Source of the DNA: Cercozoa sp. M6MM
Taxonomy: Eukaryota > Protista > Endomyxa: Ascetosporea
Strand: one strand, 5' to 3'
NCBI GenBank assembly: GCA_040357565.1
Contig: JBDODJ010000004.1
DNA length: 64,000 bases
Each line of letters opens with the position of its first letter. Within the stretch, counting starts at the first letter, position 1. Under the pieces are notes generated by a model. The model made no database searches. It worked only from the letters and a program-made list of their open reading frames with translations, and had not been told where the DNA came from. The translations under genes and the position numbers were made by a program. This document shows, one piece after another, positions 40,375 through 57,998 of this stretch.

Positions 40375-40434
40375 ACCTTGTGGTTTGTTAGGGATGTATT
40401 CGACGCTGTGGGGCCCGCGCAGGCGCAGCTCTAG
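37606..40434 (+). CDS. TYSND1: Peroxisomal leader-peptide-processing serine protease (TYSND1/DEG15)
   Basis: LDTRALPGSEGG (degenerate first domain), WASGLV, VTNAHV, PYDLAL, SGNSGG, VNLAIP; C-terminal AQL* is PTS1-like. Spans an N-gap. Confidence 0.85.
40233..40332. other. Assembly gap (100 N) next to intronic (TG)n
   Basis: Run of N. Confidence 1.
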
Positions 40435-40769
40435 CGAACGGCGCGACGTCTGCTCATGTTTTTTGGCTTTTTTTAACCGTCTCGACGACTGGTATTCAGC
40501 TGCAACGTGAAGCTTTGAACGCACCTTCCAGTCGACTTCGTGATCGCGTCGATTAGTACCGCCAGTGCCGCAGGAAGTTTTTGTCTGGCCGACGTGAAGA
40601 CTCAAGCCCGCGCTGTTCAAGCCGCAGAGGCACCAGCAGCATGATGTGACGACAACAAGGCACCCCTCATCTCCGTCCACCGTCATGGTGATCGAGCGTC
40701 GAAGGCGAACGCTTCAAGGCCAAGTCAGACGAGTCTAGCGACTGGAGCTCGTCTGCCATGTCTGTGCGC

Positions 40770-40896
40770 GCGTCACCTTACCTCCCCGGGTTCACCCCGT
40801 CGGTGAGCTCGCTTGCCGGCTAAAAATCTCCGATCTCAACCACTAGGCATCTGCCACTTAGTTGTTAACGTTTAAATGAAACATCAATCAAAATCC
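40770..40896 (+). repeat. Dispersed repeat, copy 2 (inverted relative to copies 1 and 3)
   Basis: CCGTCGGTGAGCTCGCTTGCCGGCTAAAAATCTCCGATCTCAACCACTAGGCA...TTTAAATGAAACATCAATCAAA aligns to the reverse complement of 1455-1555. Confidence 0.8.
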
Positions 40897-40936
40897 TTTG
40901 CAACCAAGCAAGCGTCATGCGACCGTCGCGTCACAT

Positions 40937-42075
40937 CTACTCGGGCTGCTCGTAGAGCTCGCCACAGTCGGCGATGACGACCGACTGGCGCGGCGTGCCG
41001 CTCGGCGTGCCCTATTCAACACAGCCAACATGCCAAGACTGACAGAGCACAAACTACGGGGACTGCCAAAAGGGAGAGAAGTGCACCTGCTTCTCCATGT
41101 CACGCACAACGTCTTCGCCCTTCACCTACACACTCACACGCACACGGGTAGAGTCACTCGATGCGGGATAGTACGACCTCTGAGGGACTGTGAGTCTCTG
41201 CAGTGTTTCTTACCACCTTGCCGAAGACAACGTGGGCGTTATCAAGCCACGGCGTCGCCTCCGTCGTGATGAAGAACTGCGAACCGCCCGTGTGCGGCTG
41301 GCCCTACATCGATGTGCAACATAACCATCGGGAGGGTAGCTATGCCCAGCAGCAGGCTGTTGATACCGTGTTGGCCATCGAGAGCAGGAACGGACCCTGC
41401 GTCATGACACGCGTGCACGTAAAATGCCAACAAAACCCACCAAACAAAACTACCGTGTGCTTCAGCGTGAAGTTCTCATCCTCGAAAGTCGGGCCGTAGA
41501 TCTACGGAAAACGCAAGAGAAATCCTCGTAGATACAATTCACACACGGGAGGGAGTTGCGTTTATTGTACCGACTTGCCGCCGTAGCCATTGCCCATGGT
41601 GACATCACCACCCTGGCACATGAAGCCCGGAATAATGCGGTGGAAAGGCGTGTTGCGGTAGCCAAAACCGTGCTCCTCCGTGCACAGCGCGCGGCTACAC
41701 AACCGACACTTAACCAATGCAAGATACTCTTAAGAGACACAACTTAACGCACAAGTTCTCGGCCGTGCGCGGAACGACATCGCTGCGCAGCTCGAAAACG
41801 ATGCGTCGCGGCTTCTGCTGACCGATGGCCACATCGAAGTAGACTGCGTGAACACAAGTACAAGACGCTTGGTAATGTATAATACAGCAACAATATAATA
41901 AATTTATATAATTGAAACAACATAACGGAAAAATGCAGCATTTGTTTCGCATTTGCGCAAGAAAAAGCGAATCGCAAAGTGAACGTTAAGTCTCACCCAA
42001 AGGCAGCTCAGGCAGCTTGCTGGAAAAGCTGCGGGCGGTCAAAGACTGAATGGAACGGCGGGAGGCGAACTGCAT
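40937..42075 (-). CDS. Cyclophilin-type PPIase with likely mitochondrial presequence
   Basis: [82 protein letters not shown]; R/S-rich N-terminus [19 protein letters not shown]. Confidence 0.95.
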
Positions 42076-42123
42076 TATTTCTGAAGTAACACGCGACTGG
42101 GGTACGCAGACTCGACAAGCACA

Positions 42124-42206
42124 GTCTTCAGGCAAGGCGAAGATATGTATTTTTTTTTAAATCAATCGATGCCAAAGCCCAAATAATTCTCGCCTTGCCG
42201 AGAGAC
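42124..42206. promoter_or_regulatory. Inverted repeat in the cyclophilin/DDB1 divergent promoter
   Basis: GGCAAGGCGA (42131-42140) and TCGCCTTGCC (42190-42199) are perfect reverse complements with imperfect extensions and an AT-rich spacer. Function is inferred. Confidence 0.5.
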
Positions 42207-42319
42207 GCGTGTACTTTTTTGGACTCTAACCTGCGCATTCAGGTATACAGTTACTTTATGTTGTGTCCAGGATGGCAAATGGCAGAGAATTTGTTTTGTT
42301 TTTTTGTCTTGCAGCAAGA

Positions 42320-45300
42320 ATGCAGTATTGGGTGACTGCACAGACGCTGCCCGTAGCCTTCGCTTAGTTGTGACATAAAGTGCGTAGAGGGGCTTGTGTT
42401 TCTTTTTTCAGGCCAGTGCCGTGGTGGACAGCGTCGCGCTGGACAGTTCGACGCTCGTGATCGCGAAACTGGGCCACTTGGAAGTATGTGCAGTCTAGAT
42501 AATTAACTGGCATTGTGTATGTACACTGGAGTATTATTTAGGTGTACAAGACTGGCGAGAGTGCCGAATTGATCGAACGGATTGAGTGCGAAGCCATCCG
42601 CGCCGTCGCATGTGTCTCTGGACTGCTCTGCGTGGTACACTGTGCCCATGTGTATGCCTCTCCATGGTGTGCCTAATCTTGCGTCCTGTGTCCTGTAGGT
42701 GACTGGCGCGTCCAACACGGACATGTGTCTGCATGTGTACCGATCGCACGAGCAACAGCGGCGACTGCGGCATGTTGCGCGTGTACGATTGGGTCACCCG
42801 ACAAGACGATGCGCCGACTGCGGAGTGCGACTGAGCGCACGTGGCTCGCGACTCGCCCTGCACGTGTTTGACGGTGTTCTTACACTGATCGACATCAACA
42901 CCGTCATGACCAACAGCGAGAGCGATCAAAGCGATAGAGTGGGTCGAAGCAGCAGTCGCAGCGGTCGCAGTCACAGTCAGATCGAGTGCAGTGACTCGGA
43001 CATCACCGTCACCGTGATCGACGCACTTTATTCTGGCCTGGACGCCATCGAACAACTTGGTCTACTGGGCGAGACACGTGTGGCGGTGCTGGCACGTGAC
43101 TCCAGTACCGACGGTGTCTCTGCGCTGCGGCTCACCGTGCTGCAGGTGGCTCCACCCGGCGCTGATCAGATAAGCGACGACCACGAACGCGCCTGCCGAT
43201 ACACGAGTGTACCTTGCCGCACCCGTTTGCCTTTTGCCTCCTGAGCCAATGTCTTGTTGTCCAGGTGACAACGGTATTCCAGGCCATGCAGTCTGTTCGT
43301 GAGGGTACCTTTCACTCTGAGGAATGAGCAGTCTTGTGTTGGTAACATGTGACATATGCAGGCACATTGTACGTGCAAGATGACGCTGCTTTCGTGTTCG
43401 CCCCGCGTCTTCTGCTGGTACACTTTTACTAACACACTGTATGCAGCTCACGTGTACGGTCCAAGTGTACGGTCCATGTGTACGATAAATGTGTACGGTA
43501 AATGTGTGCATGTGCAGACGTGGAGTGCCGAGCAGGACTCTGTACGAGCGGCGCGAACCACGCTGACCAAGGTAGCTCACTGCTCTGCCAACCTTGTTCC
43601 TGAGTGTACCGCTGCGAGTGTTGACAGGTGTCGCACGTGGCCGCAGTGATTGATACCACACTGGCGCACACGTGGCTAAAACTGGGTATCCTGCTGGCCC
43701 TGACCTCTTGACCCAACGACCCTGTCTACCCACCCCCCCACACGCAGAGCCGAACGAGCGCAGCATCGCGACGGTATTTGTCGCCAATGCAGAGGGCGAA
43801 CTCTCCGCTGTAGCCGTTCTTTCCGACTGTAGGCTTACCCCTGTGTATGTATGTACGTATATGCGTGCATGTGCATGTGTGTATGTTTGTGTATATACAT
43901 GTGCGTATGTGTGTTTGGGTGTGGGGGTGCAGTATCGACACGCAGCAAGACACTGGGCCGCGTGGCCAGCGTGGCCAACACGCGACTGTGTGCGCTGCCG
44001 CAGCACTTGCTGTGCACCTCGCACGGCGCGCAGGCCGCGCTGTTGCAACTCTCGGCGAGCGACGGCGCCAGCGTGGTCGACGGCTTCGAGGTCGGCGCTC
44101 CCATCACGGATTTGTGCGCCTTCTTCCGCGCGGACGGCGACCTGCGCCGACTGGCCGCGTGCGCCGGTCTAGCCAGTCGCGGAAACCTGCGCGTGCTGGA
44201 GGAAACCGTCGCTGTCACCGAGCAGGCACGTGTGCCACTCGCATGCTCGCGCGTCGCTCCCTTAACGACACCCGGGTACAGTTGCCTCCTTATCACCCCT
44301 GACTACCTGACCCCTTTGATCTCTTTAGAAGTGACGACATGCTCGTGCTGTGTGTCACCGAAGGCAGCGAGAACGACTCCGACGGTGTCGTGCTGCACTT
44401 CCGCGCGGACGGTGCTCGTGACATCACCGTTCTCCGAGAGTACCCACCATGTCGCTTTGATACCTGCGTGTTACCTCTTCCCGTAGAGTGGTAACAGGCG
44501 GCGCGGTATCGCCGTCGCTCTGTGCGACACTCCATCGCTCGGGTCGTCTGCGGCTGCATCGTATCCTTAACGAAAATCAGGGCGGTCTTCGAGTCGAGCA
44601 GGTGGCCAACATTCCGCTGTTCGGCTCTGAGACTGTCGTGACGGTGGCAGCCTTCTCGCACACGGGCTCGCTGGTACAGCTGCCCTCCCCCCTAGTTTTG
44701 ATCGCACACGTGGTCACTGAAGTGTACCGATGCGACTGACCTGTGTATCGGTGTGACCAGTGTAACGGTGTGATTGTGACAGGTGTGCGCCACAGCAGAC
44801 AAGTGCATGTACGTGACGATCTCGGTATGCGCTGCCTATCTCACTGACAGTGTGTCCCAGCGACCGGTCGATGATGTCATGGTCAATTGACGCTGGTACC
44901 ATTTGTATGCAGGAGACGGGCAACGTGACCACGCGCGACCTCGATGTCGACAGCGACGACGACGTCTCGGCCGTCGGCATTTCGTACACCCGCACTCTGA
45001 CTTGTCCCACGTGGTCACTTGCATGATCGATCACATGTGCTCCGTCTTTGAGCAGACCCGACGGTGACGCTGTTGCCATCGGTCTCTGGAAGGCGCGGTA
45101 TCATCTATACCAGTACCTCTGTGTGCCTGTGTGTGGTGTGTGTTGTGTGTATCGCTGTGTGACTCCACCGCGCAGTCACGTGCGACTGCTAGAAGGTGTC
45201 AGCGACGGTGCCGTTGATCCGTCGGCGCCGCGAGTGTACCACGTGCCAGTGCCGGGCGACTTTGCTGTGGCGCGATCGCTCTGCGTGACGCGTGTTGGTA

Positions 45301-48222
45301 GGGATACTTGTGTGTGTGCGATACGACTGTCGACTTGTGTGACTGAGTGACACGTGTGACTGAGTGACGGTGTGTGTGTACACGTGTGAGTGACTGGGTG
45401 ACACGTGTGACGGTGTGGCCACAGAAGACGAGCGCACGTTGCTGTTTGGCACAAGTGACGGACGACTATGTAGCTGCGTGGTCGACTCGGACAAGCAGCA
45501 GGTACGTCTTGCATTGTGCCCAACTGGACTAGTTCAATTGTACTGGGTTCAGAGTGGACCCTATCTCAGTTTACTTGGGAGAATGACCTGTATTGCAACA
45601 CAGGTACGCTCGCAGACGGCGCTGAAACTCGGCGCACGCACCGTGCAGCTCGCGCCGATCTATGCACGGGTACATGTGTCCGGTCTGTTTGTACAACTGA
45701 CTGTGTTAAGGCTGCGTTTGTAGGACACATTTAAGGGTGTGCTAGTCACGTGCGAGCGCACGTGCTACTGGAGTGCGTCGTCGCATTTGTCGCCGTTTGC
45801 ATCGCTGGTTTACCCCCCTCTCCCCGTTATCCCGCGACCCTTTCCCCTTTGCCCTTATCTCCTTTTAACCCCTCTACGTACCCGCATTTACCCCTCCTTT
45901 TACCCTGTGCAGGTGGTGAAGGACGCTGTGGCGACGAGTTTGTTCGCGCACGACGCGGAAACACTGACGCTGCTGACTTCGATCGATGACGGTTTGACCG
46001 TGTTGACGGTGTCACTGGTGGACAGGTACCCTCGATGTGTACACGTGGACCTTCCTGTTTGTGCCGTAAGTTGTGTCTGTGTGTCAGTGCACTTAAAGGC
46101 GCGGCCATTCCACTAGAGTGTCAGCCGCGACGCTGCGCAGCTGTGCCGATCGAACGTCGCCAGGTGGCCGCCGTTTCCGTTGCACGTGCTGACGGGTACG
46201 CTGCCTGTCAGTGGGTCGAATGATGTTGTCGCATGAGTGATGGTAATCACTTGAGTGGTCACATGACCGGACATGTGTGCAGTGCTGAGTCGCTGCTGTT
46301 GGTGGACTGCGAAACGCGCTGCGTGCTGCGCTCGTTTTTCGATTTCGAGCCGTAGTTTGCTTCTGTTGTTCACCTGCTCCCCCTCCCCCTTTACTCCTTT
46401 TATCATTTAATCCCCCCCCCCTTTTCCCCCTCCCCCCCCCCCCCCCGAGTACACGTGTGTGCAGGAAGGAAAGCTGCACACGCCTCGTTTTTGACAAAAC
46501 CTCGCAGCGGTTGATCGCGTCGACGCTTTTCCGCGCGGACGATTCGGTAGTGACCAGTGACCAGTAAGATTGGCTCTGTGTGTACGCATCCTCCTGGATC
46601 AGGCGGAACCGTCGCAAGGACGAGTGCTCATGTTCGATGACAATTGCGAATTGATCACCTCACTCCGAGGTAACCGTCTCGCTATATGTGCGACATCCTC
46701 GTCATACTGCATGTACGCGTCTCTGCCCAGTGGAAGACGGTGGCGTCTTCGACGTATGCGTGCTTCAGGCGCCAGCAGGCGCAGCGGACGGAACACTGCG
46801 TTTGGCGGGCGCCGTGAACTCCGGCCTCGTGCTGCTGGAAATCCGCGACACTGAGCAAGGTTTGTTGTTTTTATTCGACTGACCGCGGACGCTTCTCGTG
46901 TGTGCGTGTGTGTGTGTCATGTGTGTGTGTGTGTGTATGTGTATGTGTGTGTGTGTAGCCGCGAAGATCGAGCGCGTCGCGTCGTGCGGCGGCCACTCGC
47001 TGGCACTACGAGTCGCGCCCTTACGTAAGCTTGTGTCTTGCCAAATGGACATTGGATGGACAACAGTGCCGAGGTGGGACACGTTGTACAGGAGACGGCG
47101 GCGTGGCCGTGGGCGACCTGATGCAGTCCGTGTCGGTTTGCGCGCTCCACTTTACCCCTATAACCCCTTTCCCCCTCTTGCTCCCCGCTTGTCCCCCCTT
47201 ACCCCATATTAATCCCTCTTACTCCCCTCTTGCTCCCTCTCACCAGGTGTACGGCATCAAGAGCGACAACAACGGCAAGGAGATCGTGCAGCAGGCGACA
47301 GATCGGTGGCCGCTGTGGACGACGGCATTGGCAGTCGTGCGCGACGGTGCCACTGGCACGTGTCACACCGGTGCTGATACCACTGCTGCTGATACCACTG
47401 GTGCTGATACCACTGACGGTGACGCTGACACGGTGGTACTGGCCGACGACGCGTGCAACCTCACGGTGTTCACCATGTCGCGTGGCAACGACAAGAAACT
47501 CCAGCGCTGCGCCTTCACGGTACCTCGACTCACCGTCACTGAGTGACCTCCTGTGTGTGACCAGTGTATGACCACGTGTGACTGAGTGGCCTGTTGTGTG
47601 TGTGCACGTGTGCAGGGAGTGAAAGGCATGGTGAACCAGGTGCTGTCACTGCCGGCGATTCGAACGCACTTGCTGGCCCCTACCTTGGGTTCGCTTGTCC
47701 TTACCCCCCCCCCCCGTAGCCCTATTACCTCACGCCCCTGTGCAGTGGAGGAGGAGCGACAGTGTCACACGCGACGACGCTTTCTGACGGCCGACGTGGC
47801 CGGTGGCGTCGCCGTTTTCGTCTCGCTTAGCAAGAGCGAGTTCGAGCTGCTCGAGAAACTCGAACATCGCATGCTAAGACTACAGGATATCGACACGTAT
47901 GCCTTCCTTCCCCGCGTGTTGTCCATTCTACCCCACTTGTCAATAGGGACGAGTTCCGCATGGTACACGCCGGTCTGTGGCGACAACGACGACAACACAT
48001 CGCCGACGCCGACGTGCTGCTGTCCTTCACGAGACTGCGAGCTGCCAAGCAGACCGAGGTAAACACATTCTAAGCTCCATAGCTGAACGAAAAAGGCATC
48101 TTCATTCGCTGCAGGTGGTGCAACAACTCGACACCACAGTCGACGGCGTTTTGACACTGCTGCGACAGCTTGAGACGCAACTGCTCGCACTCACAGGGCC
48201 TGCCGACCGCGCTTCTATGTGA
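42320..48222 (+). CDS. DDB1: DNA damage-binding protein 1 (DDB1/CPSF-A/SF3B3 propeller family), divergent
   Basis: MQYWVTAQ...LVIAK...LEVY, GAPITDL, GNLRVL, VAIGLW, EPSQGRVLMF, VGDLMQSVS, WPLWTTAL, ADDACNL. Confidence 0.85.
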
Positions 48223-48427
48223 GATTGGCTGGAACGATTTTCTAGCTCTACAGTAAGAAAAAGAGATGTTGTACAGTATCTGATGCCGACAGTATCGATT
48301 TAATAACAGTATTTATTTATTTAAGATTTGCTGTTTGTCAAAAACGAACAAAGCCAATGCAAAAAATAAAGAAAGCAGCGCAAGGTGACCAAGTTGCAAG
48401 CACAGTGTGTTTGTGAGCGTGCTTTTG

Positions 48428-51400
48428 ATGTTCTTGCGTCGCACCCGCCTCGCTGAGCAGTCGCTTCGCGCGTTTGCGTCTGCTGATGTGAGTCAGACCA
48501 CTTGAAACGAGACGCTCCGCGTGTCCAACCTGTGCAACTGTTGTGAGCCTGCCGGTTGACCAGTTAAAAGGCTTGTTTTAGCAAACAAGGCAATGTATTA
48601 CATTGGTCACTCGATTTTCTTGATTTTTGTTTCCCAGGGCAAGCTGTTCGACAAGGTTCTCGTAGCCAACCGCGGCGAGATCGCGTACCTATTTTCCACG
48701 CATACTCACATCCGTTGTTTAAATTGTGTGGTGTAGCTGCCGTGTTTTCGACACGTGCAAGAACCTGGGCATTAAGACCGTTGCTGTATACTCCGAGGCT
48801 GATGGTATATCCCCCTGTCTATCATCCTCCGGGGTAACCCAGGGATCCTCGCGTGTGTGCAGCTAAGTCCAAGCACGTGCATGTGGCCGACGAGGCCGTG
48901 TGTGTTGGCCCGCCTCCCTCGAACCAGTCATACCTTCAGATCGAACGCATCGTTGAGGTAGAGCGACCAGGCAACTACGCATTGTTTTGTTGCTGTGCCA
49001 ACGGTATGTTTGTGCATTGACCAGGCCTGCAAGAAGACTGGCGCTCAGGCGGTTCACCCCGGCTATGGTTTCCTGTCCGAGAACGCCGCTTTTGTTGAGG
49101 CGCTCGAGAAGGCCGGTGCGCTGTGTCTCTTTGTTGTGGAGATTGGATTGGTTGATCGTTTCTTGGGACCGTAGGAATCGCGTTTGTGGGTCCGCGCCCG
49201 CATGCTATGCACGTGATGGGTGACAAGATTCTCTCCAAGGTGCAATCGTCATATTCTGTTACACACACCTCCTGTGTCACTGTCCTGTTATGTTTTTGTG
49301 CGCGAGTGCAGGACACCGCACGTAACGCTGGCGTCAGTGTCGTTCCTGGTGACGACTCCGAGATCGAGTCCGAGCAGCACTGCGTCGATGTAGAGCAAGC
49401 TTCACCGGCCCGCTGTATGGGTTTATTTTTACCTCGTATGGTTGTTCGAAGGTGGCGAATGCGGTGGGCTATCCGGTGATGGTCAAGGCGTCGGCTGGTG
49501 GTGGTGGCAAGGGCATGCGCATCGCCTACAACGACGACGAGGTACCCTCTCGCTTAGCCTGAGATGTCTTTTCCAACATTTAGTTATGCGCGCGTGTGTG
49601 TGCGTGCAGACGCGTGATGCCTACCGTCTCTGCAAGGCTGAGGCCCTGTCCTCGTTTGGCGACGATCGTCTCTTTGTCGAGAAGTTCATCGAGGAGCCGC
49701 GTCACATTGAGATTCAGGTGCTCGCTGACGGCCATGGCAACGTCGTGTACCTCAACGAGCGTGGTGCTTTTTCTCTGTCACTTGCTTACTGTTCGAAGAA
49801 TGAAACACATGTGAGTGTGCTCAGAATGTAGCATTCAGCGTCGTAACCAGAAGGTTATCGAGGAGGCTCCTTCGACCTTCCTTGTATACGCTTCTGTCTT
49901 TCTGTTGTTCTGTGTGTATGTACCGGAGTTGTGTGCGACAGGATGCGGAGACTCGTCGCGCCATGGGCACGCAGGCGTGCCAGCTGGCCCGTGCCGTCGA
50001 CTACGTGGGTGCAGGCACCGTGGAGATGCTTGTTGACAAGGTGTGTTTTGTTTTGTTTTGTTGGTTTTGATTTTTGGGACCGTTCTTGTGGATGCATTGG
50101 TGTTAATATGCAGAACCGCAACTTCTACTTCCTCGAGATGAACACGCGCCTGCAAGTCGAGCACCCGATCACCGAAGAGATTACTGGTAGGTCTTTGAGT
50201 TGCCTTGTAGCATGTGTCTGTGTCTCATGTCTGTCTCTGTGTCTGTGTCTGTCTCTGTGTGTGGTTTACTTGTTTGAACGTTTAGGCGTGGATTTGGTCG
50301 AACAGATGCTTCGCGTCTCCGCCGGTCTGCCGCTCTCGATTCGCCAGGAGGACATTGGCATCAACGGCTGGTGTGTTTCTTTTGGTTCTTGATCGTGGTG
50401 TGGGTGAGGTTGTAATGTTGTGTCAGGGCTCTTGAGGCGCGTGTGTACGCCGAGAACCCCGAGAAGAACTTCCTGCCGTCCACAGGACGGTATGCATCTT
50501 GCGCTTGTTTCTTTCCAGTTCAGTTGCCATCAGTCCTATCGTTTTACTTCGGTAGTCTGCGCAAGTACCGTGAGCCGACCGCGGAGCAGGTAGCGTTTGT
50601 GTGAAACTTACTCAACTCGACAGGTGGTTTGCATGCACATGCTGCTTGTGTGAAAAGAGTGCCACCCCGGGTAAAGTGCGCTGCGACTCGGGTATCCGTG
50701 AGGTACCATTGGCATATCTGCGTAGTGTTCGTGTGTGTGTGTTTTATATGTTGTATGTAGGGTAGCGAAATCGCCGTCTACTACGACCCGATGATTTCGA
50801 AACTCGTCACTTGGGCCGAGACGCGCGACGGTTTGTTTCACTTTTTCAATGTGAAAAATTCTGATTAATGATGCTTGTTTTTGGTTTGCTTAGGCGCTAT
50901 CGCCAAGATGAAGGACGCGCTGGACTCGTACGTCATTGATGGCGTGACGCACAACATTCCGTTCTTGAAGGTATACTCTGTTCAAGTAGGCTCGGTTTTG
51001 TTTCATGCATGGTACCTTCTCGGTAAAATGTAGTCGCTGTGCGAGCATCCGCGCTTCGTGGCGGGCGACTTGACGACCAACTTCATTGCTGAGGAGTACC
51101 CAGAGGTGACTGCTTGTGACAGGAAACATGTGTGTGTGTGTGTATTGTTTTGTTGAGAGTAGGGCTACCAGCGACCGCAGCTGTCGCAGCACGAGCAATC
51201 GCAGCTGTGCGCTACGGCGACCGCTATGCACCTCACCGACCTTCTGCAAACTGGCACCATCCGCAAGTACTCCTTTGCTCTTGCCAGTAAACACTCACTG
51301 TAGTTACATGCGCTTGTGCAACACAGCGAGGAGCCGCAAATGCCGGAGGACTTTGTCGTTGCTTTGCCCAACGAGCCGGATGTACAGAGCGTATGGTATG

Positions 51401-52292
51401 TTTGTGGGTTGTCTGTACATGTCTTGGGTGTAGCTGCCGTGGCTCAAGGTTAAGGTGCTTGGCTACTCGTTTGGCGCGGTATACTGTTTCTGCTGCTGGT
51501 CACACTGCACCCACGTGAAGCGTGCATTTACAACGCTTTCTTTTTGGTACGATAGGACGGTAACGAGGAGCTGCATCTCTGGTTTGACGGTGCCGAGAAG
51601 GTAGCCCGTTTCTGTGTCTGTCTGGACGTCTGAGGGTGTGCACATGTCTGTCTTTGCTAAGGCCACTCGCGTGGTGCTGGACTACACGCCGGGCGAGGAC
51701 TTTGTGACCGTCTCGATCGACGAAGAGCGTCTCATTGTGCAGCGACGTCCGGGTGGCAACCAGTTCAGCTACCAGCTTCTGCACGGTACGTGTTGCCTAT
51801 CTACTTTGTACCCCACCCAACATGTAAATATGTACGTATGTGTGTGTCGCACAGGTGGTGGCTTCCATGACGTGCAGGTGCTGACGCCGCGTCAGGCTGG
51901 TAACAAGAAATTTACTATTTTGTGCAATGAGTCTGTGTATAAGAGTGCTTCCAACAGAGCTCCTGCCGTACATGCCGGAGCCTGAGGTCATCGACCAGGA
52001 GTCTATGCTGCTGTCGCCGATGCCGGGCACTGTGATCTCGGTGAACATTAAGCCCGGCGACACTGTTGTGGCCGGCCAGGAGGTGTGCGTGCTCGAGGCC
52101 ATGAAGATGCAGAACGCCTTCTACGCGCAGCGCGATGGCGTCGTCAAGAAGGTTTCTGTCAAGGCCGGTACCTGTCACCAACCTCTTGTCGTTGTTCTGT
52201 TTGAAGGTGTTGCTTTAGGCGATGCTGTCGCCGTGGACGAGTTGATCTACGAGCTCGAGCCGCCTGTTGATGACCAGCGTCAAGCTGAGTAG
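48428..52292 (+). CDS. PCCA: Propionyl-CoA carboxylase alpha chain, mitochondrial (26 introns)
   Basis: [71 protein letters not shown], biotinyl EAMKMQN. Confidence 0.95.
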
Positions 52293-52341
52293 GGTCTTGC
52301 GAGCGCAGCGCAGTGTACTGGTCTCCGTAATATGTATACAA

Positions 52342-52450
52342 TCGTAGCACGGAGATTTTTTTAAGCCGGCAAGCGAGCTCACCAACGACTCAATGGCGGA
52401 TAGTTCTGGCATGCGAAGAGAGGAATGGCGATCGGTTATGTCAGTGGCGT
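52342..52450 (-). repeat. Dispersed repeat, copy 3
   Basis: CGGAGATTTTTTTAAGCCGGCAAGCGAGCTCACCAACGACTCAATGGCG (52350-52398, + strand), plus patchy GAGG..TGGCGAT...AGTGGCG similarity to 1605-1633. Confidence 0.8.
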
Positions 52451-52668
52451 ACAGAACGTGCTTGAAAAGGTGAAGTCGATATGCATTTTTAAAGTACTAA
52501 AACATCAGTGACGCTTCTAATCTGATTGGTGTCGGCACGGTAACCTGACTCTGCTAAAGGTCACTTTAGTATCCGCTATACGCAAGGCAAGTGAACTAAC
52601 CACGACAAATTGAACTGAATGCAACTAAACACGCTACGTGATCGGGGGTCGAGTCAGGGCTCAGGGCC

Positions 52669-57998
<5,330 letters not shown>

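Noticed and set aside
40820-40858. tRNA A-box-like TGCCTAGTGG in the repeat (tRNA or SINE), and a possible Sm site suggesting SL RNA or snRNA
   Set aside because: No cloverleaf, no co-oriented B box, no conserved donor GT, and the T-run length varies among copies.
47392-47420. 15-nt tandem repeat GCTGATACCACTG(C/G)T (also 9-nt repeats near 35960)
   Set aside because: In-frame coding repeats (ADTT, DTD) in variable loops; not CRISPR-like.
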